DNA of 64,000 nucleotides, taken from the sequence record NC_047995.1. One strand, 5' to 3'. Positions 25,334-33,876 of the stretch are shown one piece after another. The notes below the pieces were generated by a model, which did not search any database, was not told where the DNA came from, and worked only from the letters and a program-made list of their open reading frames with translations. The first letter of the stretch is position 1; each line of letters begins with the position of its first letter. A program made the position numbers and the translations under genes.

Positions 25334-26430
25334 TGTCACAACCTCTTGATCTACGCAACCCAAACCACTTCGAACTGTACTCCCTGCACTGTGTTGACGA
25401 GCAGTACATCAACCTGTGTGACGCTATCATTGCTACAGGTACGCAAGAGTCTGACCCTGCGCGTACCACTGACGAATGGCTGACGCTGATCGGCGTTGGC
25501 TTCCAGTTGCAAAATACCCACATCGCTTTCCCTGCGCTACTCGGCGCACGTAAGAACTGGTCGGCTGCCGTCGATGAATCATGCTGGATGATGCGCGGTG
25601 AAACGAACATCGAATCACTCAACTCTAAAATCTGGGACTTGTGGGCAGACGAATCTGGTGAGTGTGGGCCAATCTACGGCGAACAGTGGCGCCGTTGGCC
25701 TGATATCAAAGCGTTTCACGACTTCACCAAACCTTCTGGTGTTTGTCCTTCGGCGGACGCTATTCGTGTGCGTGATGAAATCCTGCGTATGCGTGAAGAC
25801 GGCTATATCGAAACGCAACTAGCTGACGGTCGCATCCTGTTTGAAGGTCAGATCGATCAGTTTGCCAATGCGCTGTACCAGATTAAAAGCCGCTCGCGTT
25901 CTCGTCGCATACGTGTTCAGGCGTTCAATCCTTCTTATGTGAATATGCAGGGCTTGCCTCCGTGCCACACAGAGTTTGAGTTTAACGTAACGAAGTCAAC
26001 TCGCTACGAACAGGCTCAGGCAGAAGCACGGGGACAAGTTGTTGCAGAAGACAGTCTTCATATCACGGTCCAGCTCAGATCAAATGATTGTCTACTCGGG
26101 CGCCCATTTAACATCATGGGCTACAGCGCAATGCACCAGATGATCGCGAAGTGGGCCGGTCTGAATGTTGGTGGCTTTACGCTTAACTCTACCAACACTC
26201 ACCTGTATACGCACCACATCGAAGCGTATCAGACGCAACGCGCTCAGTGGATGCTGTTGCGTGAGCGTATGCAGAAGACTGGTGAGCCTGTTAAATACCC
26301 TATTCTGGAAATCAGCGACGACATTCTCGGCCTGACGCCAGAGCAGTTACTCGATAACGCAAACGTAGACTGGTTCGAGCTGGTGGACTACAGCCCTCAG
26401 CCTGCGGTCAAAGGACGTGTGACCAAATGA
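25333..26430 (+). CDS. thyA: thymidylate synthase
   Basis: IWDLWAD, GPIYGEQWR, catalytic LPPCH, LRSNDCLLGRPFN (Asn = dUMP specificity), THLYTHH. Confidence 0.93.
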   Translation: MSQPLDLRNPNHFELYSLHCVDEQYINLCDAIIATGTQESDPARTTDEWLTLIGVGFQLQNTHIAFPALLGARKNWSAAVDESCWMMRGETNIESLNSKIWDLWADESGECGPIYGEQWRRWPDIKAFHDFTKPSGVCPSADAIRVRDEILRMREDGYIETQLADGRILFEGQIDQFANALYQIKSRSRSRRIRVQAFNPSYVNMQGLPPCHTEFEFNVTKSTRYEQAQAEARGQVVAEDSLHITVQLRSNDCLLGRPFNIMGYSAMHQMIAKWAGLNVGGFTLNSTNTHLYTHHIEAYQTQRAQWMLLRERMQKTGEPVKYPILEISDDILGLTPEQLLDNANVDWFELVDYSPQPAVKGRVTK

Positions 26431-27083
26431 AAAACATCATGTTGATCCAGCGTATCAGCGCCTTCCTGTACGTCGGCTTTGCAGAAAACATCCCTGACAT
26501 TCCTCGTCGCGGTGTTGAGAAGTTCGACGTGCTGATTCCTGACGGCCGTGGCTTTGAGGAGCACGGTCCTATCCTGACGATGAAGGCGCGTTGCATCTAC
26601 CACCTGACTCACAACTGCTTCCTGATTCAGCGTACTAATGATGATAACAGTGGCGCACACGAACATCCTGCGCTGATGAAGTCTCACTGCAAGTACAACA
26701 TGGAACTGTTCCAGCGTTCCGAGCACGGCCGTGAGCAAATCGCGGTGCAGCAGATTCTGAACGAGCTGCATGATGCAGAAGTGCAGCATCCTCAGTGGCC
26801 GGAAGAAGCGATTCACGCGGCGTCTATCGTTACGGAAGAAGCGGGCGAGTTGCTGCGCGACTGCGCTACCTTCGAAGAAAATGGTGACCAGCGTCTGATC
26901 GTTAACATGCTGGGTGAAGCTACGCAGGTCGGCGCAATGGCAGTTCGCTTCATGAAGAATCTGCCTACCTCTCAGCGTCGTACTATCCCTAACAATGCGC
27001 TGCGCTCAATCCTGGACTCTGACATGACGCCAGAGCAACAACTGATTGAAGTGCGCCGCCTGATGAATGACGGAGTTCAGTAA
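26427..27083 (+). CDS. MazG-like NTP pyrophosphohydrolase domain protein with N-terminal extension
   Basis: IVTEEAGEL ... GEATQVGAMAVRF helical EExxE-type motif. Confidence 0.65.
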   Translation: MKNIMLIQRISAFLYVGFAENIPDIPRRGVEKFDVLIPDGRGFEEHGPILTMKARCIYHLTHNCFLIQRTNDDNSGAHEHPALMKSHCKYNMELFQRSEHGREQIAVQQILNELHDAEVQHPQWPEEAIHAASIVTEEAGELLRDCATFEENGDQRLIVNMLGEATQVGAMAVRFMKNLPTSQRRTIPNNALRSILDSDMTPEQQLIEVRRLMNDGVQ

Positions 27084-27973
27084 TGCGTTTACTCTCATAC
27101 GGAGCATGTGGTGGTACACCCTTTCGTCGTCTGGTAGTTAAAGACGATGGCCAGTTTGAAGTCGGCGTTCATCCTAAGATTGAAGCGTTCGGCTGTGTGT
27201 TCACTAACGTTAACGTCGGTCGTATTGCTGATGATGCCGTAGAGTTCGATCTGCCCGATTCTGGTGACTGGGCTATCGACATGGCTGATTACTTCCTGTC
27301 GCCTGAATACAAGCAGTGGGTAGGTGGACATACTCCACGTATCGAAACGATGCTGGATGCGCACGTCATCAAAGGCAAGCTGCCTACGCTGGTGCAGGAC
27401 TACGATGCGTTCTATGCTGACCTCCAGCAGAAGATCAACGCGCTCGATCTGCCTGACATTGTGTTTGAACACAACACGATTAAGCAGACGAGCCTGAACC
27501 AAAAGTTCGATGTGTGGATGCTGTACAAGTACAACCTGATGCTTGACGGCAAGATCTCTGTTACGCGTTCGAACGTAGGTGAGCTGGTCTTCCAAGAAGA
27601 CTTCATCTCCGCTAAAGGCACAACGTGGTGGTTGCGTGAGCACAACAAGCAACTGATGGAGCTGGCTGCGCGTCATGACATGCTGGCTGCATTCATTACG
27701 TTCGGCGTATCGCATCGCAACCAACAAGAGTTCTTCTACTCGTTTATCACAAACGAAGGTGATCAGACGCAGCGTCCTGTTGAACCCGCCGAGTTCCTCC
27801 ACATGTCGGTGCACGGTCAGTTCCCAGAGCTGGTCATCACTGATCGTGGTAAGGACTACAATCTGGCAGTTAACTACAGACAGTTCTTCCCAGAGTCGTA
27901 TCACACTCTGAAAGACGCCGTTCACATAACCATTGGCAGTAACTACGCACTGAACCTCTTGCGCTTTATCTGA
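27083..27973 (+). CDS. hypothetical protein
   Basis: 296 aa, TAATG coupling. Confidence 0.75.
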   Translation: MRLLSYGACGGTPFRRLVVKDDGQFEVGVHPKIEAFGCVFTNVNVGRIADDAVEFDLPDSGDWAIDMADYFLSPEYKQWVGGHTPRIETMLDAHVIKGKLPTLVQDYDAFYADLQQKINALDLPDIVFEHNTIKQTSLNQKFDVWMLYKYNLMLDGKISVTRSNVGELVFQEDFISAKGTTWWLREHNKQLMELAARHDMLAAFITFGVSHRNQQEFFYSFITNEGDQTQRPVEPAEFLHMSVHGQFPELVITDRGKDYNLAVNYRQFFPESYHTLKDAVHITIGSNYALNLLRFI

Positions 27974-27990
27974 TGGCCAGAGTCTCTCAG

Positions 27991-27996
27991 TAATTT
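27991..27996 (+). promoter_or_regulatory. candidate TAATTT promoter motif upstream of the 28022-ParB-MTase operon
   Basis: In the 48-nt intergenic gap, CAGTAATTTAAG context as in the other copies. Confidence 0.45.
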
Positions 27997-28021
27997 AAGT
28001 TTCAACAAAGGGAGACTCGCC

Positions 28022-28357
28022 ATGCAATACGATAAGACGAAAGATTTTCAGCCATTCCGCTATCTGGGCGCGCCTAAGCTGCCCACTGTTGGGTTCATCG
28101 CTAACACTGTGATGCTTGTCGAGCAGGATGTACTGATCGGCCACGACGAGTGTGAGTTCCAGTTCACTGTGGAGCAGATGAACACGATGGACAGAGGTAC
28201 TGTGACGTTCCGTGCGAAAGATATGGGCGGCGGTATCACGATAAAGAAATGCTCGGTCTCTGGATTGAAAATGGTAATTAAGCTGGACAGACGTGTAGTG
28301 CAGTTCGGCAAAGTACAAGTCGAGTGGTCTACTGTCAGCCGCAAATACCTTTATTAA
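28022..28357 (+). CDS. hypothetical protein
   Basis: 111 aa, GGGAG RBS. Confidence 0.7.
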   Translation: MQYDKTKDFQPFRYLGAPKLPTVGFIANTVMLVEQDVLIGHDECEFQFTVEQMNTMDRGTVTFRAKDMGGGITIKKCSVSGLKMVIKLDRRVVQFGKVQVEWSTVSRKYLY

Positions 28358-28399
28358 TCTGTAAAGACAGAGAAAGAGCAACCACAAGAGATACGACTA

Positions 28400-29101
28400 A
28401 TGGCAAAAATTGCTAAAGCAAAGGAAGGGAAAAAGAAAAGCGCTATGAAGTTTGACTTGGGAAAACTCAAGACAGCTTCACAACTGAAAGGCGCTGACTA
28501 TAACCCGCGTTTTATTACCGACAGTCGCCTGCGAGCACTCGAAAGTTCTTTGGGTAGCTTCGGTGACCTGTCTGGTATTGTGTTCAACAACAGCGTAAAG
28601 TCTGGCGTGTTGATCTCAGGCCACCAGCGCTTGAAATCAATTGACGGTTGGAAGACTCGTATCGAGATTCAACCTGCGTCCGATAAGCACGGCACTGTTG
28701 GTCTGGGCTACATTCATGCCACGCACCCGAAGAAAGCAGAGAAGGTAATCAGCATCCCTCTGCGTGTCGTTAACTGGAACGATAAGAAGTCCGAGTATGC
28801 TGCGAACATCGCGGCGAATGCTCATGGCGGTGAGTTCGATAACAAGAAACTCGCCAAGCTGGTGGAGAAGCTGGACTTGACCACAATCAAGCCTCAGTTA
28901 CTCGGCCTTGACCCGCTGGAAATTCGCGGTCTGCAACAGAAGCTGAAAGGTCAGGCTGCCGTTGTCGATCAGGAACGTGCTGGTAAGACTACTGGTCAGA
29001 TGAACGGTAGTAGCGGTTCGTTCAAAGAGTACGGCGCTGACGATGTAGGTGAGAGCCTGAACTGCACCTGCCCGCGTTGTGGATTTAAGTTCGAGGGATA
29101 A
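28400..29101 (+). CDS. ParB/Sulfiredoxin-like N-terminal domain protein with C-terminal CxCPxC zinc motif
   Basis: ADYNPR, SLGSFG, LISGHQRL, NIAAN ... GGEFD; ends CTCPRCGFKF. Confidence 0.8.
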   Translation: MAKIAKAKEGKKKSAMKFDLGKLKTASQLKGADYNPRFITDSRLRALESSLGSFGDLSGIVFNNSVKSGVLISGHQRLKSIDGWKTRIEIQPASDKHGTVGLGYIHATHPKKAEKVISIPLRVVNWNDKKSEYAANIAANAHGGEFDNKKLAKLVEKLDLTTIKPQLLGLDPLEIRGLQQKLKGQAAVVDQERAGKTTGQMNGSSGSFKEYGADDVGESLNCTCPRCGFKFEG

Positions 29102-29102
29102 T

Positions 29103-31232
29103 ATGATCATCAAGCCGCCTACTATGAAGGAAATCAACAAGCTGGATAAACCCTGGCGTGGTATGAGTTTCTTCGCAGGTTGCGGTGGGTCTTCTACCGG
29201 TCACAAGATGGCCGGTATCAACATCCTGTTGAGTAACGAGTTCGTGGACTCTGCCCGCGAATCTTACGAAGCAAACCATCCGACCACCAAAGTGCTGCCT
29301 CATGATATCCGTCGTCTGGACCCAAGCAAGCTCATGCGTTATTGTGGCTTGGCGAAAGGCGAGCTGGATTTACTTGATGGTAGTCCTCCGTGCTTTACCG
29401 AAGACACGATCATTCATACAGCAGACGGCATGAAGTTCATCTCGGACATGAATGTCGGCGATCAAGCAATGACCTCAGTTGGTCGTTACTTCCCTGTGTA
29501 CGATACGATGGTGCGTCCATACGTCGGTACGATGCACAAGATCGAAACGCTGATTAGCACGAACAACGCAACTCCCGAGCATCCATTCTTCGTGCGTCGT
29601 AGCACTGCACCTGGCGAATATAGCGAGCCATTCTGGTGTGATGCAAAAGACGTGCAAGAAGGTGACTTAGTTGGTACTCCGCGCACGACGCCTGACATGG
29701 GCCTCGCTGTGTATGAAGATCAGCTGGCACAACTGCCGAAGCAGATTGCAGAGTGGGTAACATTCCCAGAGTTCTGGTGGATGATTGGTCACTGGTGTGA
29801 TCGTGGTTCAATTGAAACTGTTAGCGGCGTTGAAGTCGTTAGCTTTGAATCGCATTCAAGCCTTGAGAATGCGATGATTGAGCAGGCGTTTGATGCGATG
29901 AAGATCAGCAGCCTGAATCGTATTGACACGATGACAGCACAACGCAAAACGTTCCGTATCGTTATGGACGCAGAGCTGGTGCAGTTCTTACGTCGATTCG
30001 TATCTCAAGGCTACAACAAATTCTCTCGTCGTCTGCCTGCGATTATCTTCCACATCTCGCAGGAACTAAAGCAGCAATTCATTCTCGGTTGTGCTGGTCA
30101 TGACTACGTGACTGCGATGGGTGCTGGTCTGTCTATCACGTCTGACTCACGCCGCTTCCTGCTTGAGATGAACTACCTGTGCTGTTCTGCATTCAACAGA
30201 CCTCTGTTCGATGGTCTGACTTGGGGTGACGTGTACTTCGGCCATGCGATGACTCCACGTGATCGTAACAGCTCGAAGCCTCTTATCGGTTACCTGTTCC
30301 TGCAGGACGAGCACAACTTCTTCTATGAGTTCGGTCTGGACGATCCCCACCTGTGGACAGAAGTGATTGAGAACCTCGCGTATCAGGCGACCTGTGACGT
30401 GTACAACTTCTCCGTTGAGACGGACGAGACATACGTTGCTAACAGCGTGGTCGTTCACAACTGCAAAGGCTTCTCTACTGCGGGTGTGAAAGAAGAAGGC
30501 TGGGGCAAGGAAGTTAAGTACAGCGATAACAAGTATCAGCAGGTTGATGACCTGTTCGATCAGTATTGCCGTATGCTCGAAGGTATGCAGCCGAAAGTGT
30601 TCACTGCGGAAAACGTTAGCGGCCTCGTTAAAGGTGCGTCGAAAGGCTACTTCATTGAAATCATGAAGGAGTTCGACCGTCTGGGCTATTACGTGCGAGC
30701 GCCTATGCTCAATGCAGCGTGGCTTGGTGTGCCGCAATCCCGTGAGCGTATCATCTTCATGGGCGTCCGCAAAGACGTAGCGAAAGCACTCGGGTACACA
30801 ACGGCTGCTAAGGCTGTGCCTGATGTTATTCCGTGTGATAGCATGGCATTCCTTGCAGACGCTCTGCCTCACATACAGCGTTACAAGTCAACGAAGAAAG
30901 ATATCATCACCTATCTTCCTGCGATGAATGGTCCGATGCCTACGATTACTGCCGCCGATGCGATTGCGTATGAGACTGCGCGATTCTCGTCTGCTGGCTT
31001 TGTCGAAGATAACAAAGGCCACAGGCGTAAGTTGACTATCGACGAACTCAAAGTGATCTCTGGCCTGCCGTCAGACTACAAACTGAAAGGCAAGTTCGAG
31101 GAGCAGTGGGAACGTCTTGGTCGTATCTGTGTGCCTGCAATGACACACGCTGCGGCTAAGGCTCTTATCGAACACATCCTGATTCCTTATGCGAAGAAGC
31201 GTAAGAAGAAGCCAGGCGATATCTTCAAGTAG
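29103..31232 (+). CDS. C5-cytosine DNA methyltransferase-fold enzyme, probable carboxymethyltransferase, intein-containing
   Basis: Motif I FFAGCGG, motif IV GSPP|C after splicing, motif VI AENV, motif VIII QSRER, motif X LGRIC (Arg where Asn is normal, codon 31122-31124); ATG 29103 after GAGGG. Confidence 0.9.
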   Translation: MIIKPPTMKEINKLDKPWRGMSFFAGCGGSSTGHKMAGINILLSNEFVDSARESYEANHPTTKVLPHDIRRLDPSKLMRYCGLAKGELDLLDGSPPCFTEDTIIHTADGMKFISDMNVGDQAMTSVGRYFPVYDTMVRPYVGTMHKIETLISTNNATPEHPFFVRRSTAPGEYSEPFWCDAKDVQEGDLVGTPRTTPDMGLAVYEDQLAQLPKQIAEWVTFPEFWWMIGHWCDRGSIETVSGVEVVSFESHSSLENAMIEQAFDAMKISSLNRIDTMTAQRKTFRIVMDAELVQFLRRFVSQGYNKFSRRLPAIIFHISQELKQQFILGCAGHDYVTAMGAGLSITSDSRRFLLEMNYLCCSAFNRPLFDGLTWGDVYFGHAMTPRDRNSSKPLIGYLFLQDEHNFFYEFGLDDPHLWTEVIENLAYQATCDVYNFSVETDETYVANSVVVHNCKGFSTAGVKEEGWGKEVKYSDNKYQQVDDLFDQYCRMLEGMQPKVFTAENVSGLVKGASKGYFIEIMKEFDRLGYYVRAPMLNAAWLGVPQSRERIIFMGVRKDVAKALGYTTAAKAVPDVIPCDSMAFLADALPHIQRYKSTKKDIITYLPAMNGPMPTITAADAIAYETARFSSAGFVEDNKGHRRKLTIDELKVISGLPSDYKLKGKFEEQWERLGRICVPAMTHAAAKALIEHILIPYAKKRKKKPGDIFK
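29391..30461 (+). mobile_element. intein (357 aa) with degenerate LAGLIDADG region, in the MTase catalytic PC motif
   Basis: Starts CFTEDTII, block B ATPEHPF, block F VYNFSVE, ends VVHN followed by Cys; WMIGHWCDRGS and FILGCAGHD look like decayed blocks C and E. Confidence 0.92.
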
Positions 31233-31239
31233 GTGAATC

Positions 31240-31341
31240 ATGTTCTGGACAGGGCTTGTATTAGGTATCGTGATAGGCGTAGTGGCTACACTTGGCTTCG
31301 CATGGTACCACCTCAGAGGCTTTTCAGTATTTAAGCCTTAG
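31240..31341 (+). CDS. 33-aa single-TM peptide
   Basis: MFWTGLVLGIVIGVVATLGFAWYHLRGFSVFKP; AGGTG RBS; below the track cutoff. Confidence 0.6.
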   Translation: MFWTGLVLGIVIGVVATLGFAWYHLRGFSVFKP

Positions 31342-31415
31342 CGACAATCTGTGTGATACTCTCCGAAGCGGTCGCGATTTAAAGGCCAGAATGTTTCTGG
31401 CTAGGAGATATCACT

Positions 31416-31565
31416 ATGAAAAACGAAAACTGGTATGAAGCAGACGACGAGCAATTGACCGTAGAGCAAATCGAAGCTATTCAACGAAAAGCGAACGAAG
31501 ACGCTATACGGTCAGGCAAGCCTCTGCCCGACGCAGATGACCCGTGTTGGGTTCGTCTGTTCTAA
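31416..31565 (+). CDS. 49-aa hypothetical protein
   Basis: MKNENWYEADDEQLTVEQIEAIQRKANEDAIRSGKPLPDADDPCWVRLF; AGGAG RBS. Confidence 0.65.
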   Translation: MKNENWYEADDEQLTVEQIEAIQRKANEDAIRSGKPLPDADDPCWVRLF

Positions 31566-31607
31566 CCTAGCTTAACAAACAGGACAAGGACGTCCAGGAG
31601 ATTTAAA

Positions 31608-32174
31608 ATGTCATACTGTTTGATTAAGAATATCATGGTGGCGTATGTACGCAACGGCCAACTGGTATGTGCGAAAGTCAAAGTGAAATTGAGCGGCGAT
31701 GATTCCGTCGTGCTCTACAACACGATGCACCGTATTCATCATGATACGTGCGGTCGCATTCTGCTTGAGCAAGAATCTGATCGTGACTTCCTGCCGACGA
31801 TTCTCTATCGTGAACGTGCGGAAGTGATTGAAGGTCAGGGTGGTGTGTTAAAACGCATCGAGCAGTTCGCCAAGAGCGTCGGCCTAGACTGCCGTGTTGT
31901 TGACCTGTTCAAAGATTCTGTGTTGAGCATCGGCTTCCTGTTCTACCTGAACCAGCCTAACGCTGTAGTCTGTCAGATCATTGAGACAGATAAGGAAGAA
32001 CTCGCGGGTAAGACGCTGTTCATTGGCGCAGACCCTGACGTGGATTACGTTGGTGCGAATGTTGTTCCTATGCCTGTCGATGAAAACTTCGACGTTGACG
32101 ACAAGCTGTTGGGCAACAAAATCTACTCCCTGAACGATGACCAGAACAAGATGTTGGTCTCGGTAGGCAAATAA
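31608..32174 (+). CDS. hypothetical protein
   Basis: 188 aa, AGGAG RBS. Confidence 0.75.
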   Translation: MSYCLIKNIMVAYVRNGQLVCAKVKVKLSGDDSVVLYNTMHRIHHDTCGRILLEQESDRDFLPTILYRERAEVIEGQGGVLKRIEQFAKSVGLDCRVVDLFKDSVLSIGFLFYLNQPNAVVCQIIETDKEELAGKTLFIGADPDVDYVGANVVPMPVDENFDVDDKLLGNKIYSLNDDQNKMLVSVGK

Positions 32175-32175
32175 G

Positions 32176-32343
32176 ATGATACGCTACCTGATCGTTTTCT
32201 TCGCTACATGGATTCTGGTAGCGTACTCTCTATCGACACTGGACGTTCCCTCTGAGTGGTGTGATAGGCTTGCGCTAGTTAGTGCCGCATTCGTCACGCA
32301 CTTCGAAATGAAATGGCAACGCTTCATCAAGGAGCAACAATGA
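32176..32343 (+). CDS. 55-aa membrane peptide
   Basis: MIRYLIVFFATWILVAYSLSTLDVP...; stop overlaps the next ATG (ATGA). Confidence 0.6.
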   Translation: MIRYLIVFFATWILVAYSLSTLDVPSEWCDRLALVSAAFVTHFEMKWQRFIKEQQ

Positions 32344-32753
32344 GCAAGCGCCAAGACGCAATTGCTGTACTGAAAGAGTTTTACTTCGACCACCAGCGTG
32401 GCTTCATTCGCTTCTCGCGCTCGGACGACTTCTTATCTGCGTTCCAGTTCCATCTGGACGAGATTCGTGAAGTCAACATTCATCGTGGCGAAGGTGTTAA
32501 CGAAACTGACGGTAGCTTCATCACCGTTGCGCGTGTGAACATCGACCTGATTGGCGGCGGTAGCGCCCACTCCTGTGTACTGCATCCAGTACGCGGTGCC
32601 GAACAATTAGAGCGTCTTGCGGCAGCCCTTCTGTTGTTGCGTGATGCGTCGTGTGGTCTCCCTTACGCTAAGTACGAAGTGAAGACCATCGACACCAAGT
32701 TCTACCTCAACCCGCCAGTTGTTAGATGGCCTGTTGAAACTCCCGCCGAGTAA
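32340..32753 (+). CDS. hypothetical protein
   Basis: ATG 32340 after AAGGAG within track ORF 32313..32753. Confidence 0.7.
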   Translation: MSKRQDAIAVLKEFYFDHQRGFIRFSRSDDFLSAFQFHLDEIREVNIHRGEGVNETDGSFITVARVNIDLIGGGSAHSCVLHPVRGAEQLERLAAALLLLRDASCGLPYAKYEVKTIDTKFYLNPPVVRWPVETPAE

Positions 32754-32811
32754 TCGGCATTCGGTGTGCAACACAAAAGTGATTGCACCCTCTACCTAAA
32801 AGGTATGTACT

Positions 32812-33468
32812 ATGACTAAGCAACACACTTCCTACAGCTCTGCTTTCGCAATCGGTGAAATGGCTTTGTTGTCTCTCGATAACTTTGGGGAGAACAAAGT
32901 ACCGTACGGCGTAGTTGACGGCTGCATGGCTTATGGCGAACAACGCATGTATCGTGTCTCGCTGTTTGTGAACGAGGGTCCTGAGTCTAAACCTACTGCG
33001 TTCCTGCATCAGGGTCGTCCAGTCGATGGCTTCCTCGCGTCTGACCTGAAAGCAATCAAAGAGCAGTACATTGATCACATCGGTCATGTTGGTCGTTTCG
33101 AATCGCCGCACCATAAGTTGGGTGACTCGCTGTTCGTGTCAGGCCAGCTGGTGGAAGTTGATATCGACCTCGAACTGCCGGGTGAGTATGACAAGTTCAA
33201 CATCCCTGTGCTGATCACTGGCGTTACTTACGTCGAAGGTAAAGTGATGTACGAAGTCAGTATTCAACGTGCGTACTACACCAATGGCGTTATCACTAGT
33301 GGTCGTTTGGTGCGTGATACACTGAGCAACATCGACAGCATCTACATCAAGCCTATGGAAGGTTGGCCGAAGACAGTTCTCGGTGATACCACTGCTATTG
33401 GCTCTGTAGTGTCAGGCCGAACGTCTGGCCTCGTAGAGAACCAGAGCAACGCGCCTCGTTCTAAGTAA
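32812..33468 (+). CDS. hypothetical protein
   Basis: 218 aa, AAAGGT RBS, ends before a terminator. Confidence 0.75.
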   Translation: MTKQHTSYSSAFAIGEMALLSLDNFGENKVPYGVVDGCMAYGEQRMYRVSLFVNEGPESKPTAFLHQGRPVDGFLASDLKAIKEQYIDHIGHVGRFESPHHKLGDSLFVSGQLVEVDIDLELPGEYDKFNIPVLITGVTYVEGKVMYEVSIQRAYYTNGVITSGRLVRDTLSNIDSIYIKPMEGWPKTVLGDTTAIGSVVSGRTSGLVENQSNAPRSK

Positions 33469-33475
33469 CTAAATG

Positions 33476-33500
33476 TGGGTGGCTTCGGCTGCCCATTTTT
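33476..33500 (+). terminator. intrinsic terminator
   Basis: TGGGTGGC-TTCG-GCTGCCCA-TTTTT. Confidence 0.85.
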
Positions 33501-33508
33501 GTATCTGA

Positions 33509-33520
33509 AATCTGTAAATA
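33509..33520 (+). promoter_or_regulatory. candidate promoter motif AATCTGTAAATA
   Basis: Exact copy right after a terminator and before the AGGAGGTG RBS. Confidence 0.65.
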
Positions 33521-33537
33521 TCAGACAGGAGGTGAAT

Positions 33538-33876
33538 ATGGAAAAGAAAGTAGAAGAATTGAGGCAGTACGTGCTCAAGCGTGTCAACGAGACCGCAGAC
33601 AAAGATTTAAACATAAGTGGAGATGCGCTTAACAGTCATGCGCGTGACATTGTTGAGGGCGTAATGAAGTCCCTGTCAGAGGACGCGACCAAAGGCTACA
33701 AGGTTGTGTGCGACAGTTCAAACAACCCGCAGTTCAATATCGACAACAACATCCTGACGCTGGATATCCTAGTCAGTGACCCGACAATCATTCGTCAACT
33801 CTTTGAAGGAAACAACAATGCTAAAACGTCTGTTAGCTTTATTCAAACGGAAGCCATCGTCCCAAAAGACGTTTGA
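33538..33876 (+). CDS. small protein resembling the tail-sheath C-terminal domain
   Basis: GYKVVCDSSNNPQFNIDNNILTLDILV matches the sheath motif V.CD..NN....ID.N.L...I; ATG 33538. Confidence 0.6.
   Translation: MEKKVEELRQYVLKRVNETADKDLNISGDALNSHARDIVEGVMKSLSEDATKGYKVVCDSSNNPQFNIDNNILTLDILVSDPTIIRQLFEGNNNAKTSVSFIQTEAIVPKDV

Noticed and set aside
25333-26430. ThyA homologue as a dCMP hydroxymethylase or base-modifying enzyme
   Set aside because: It keeps RSND..LG.PFN with the Asn that specifies dUMP, and a dCMP deaminase is present, so it reads as an ordinary dTMP supply enzyme
27095-27925. 276-aa minus-strand ORF, and similar long antisense ORFs (868..1650, 30147..30872, 38710..39366, 47196..48005, 53081..53803)
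   Set aside because: All lie opposite well-supported genes and lack recognisable motifs
32762-32787. tRNA or structured ncRNA in the 32754-32811 gap
   Set aside because: Only one small stem-loop (GTGCAA-CAC-AAAA-GTG-A-TTGCAC); no cloverleaf, T-loop or CCA
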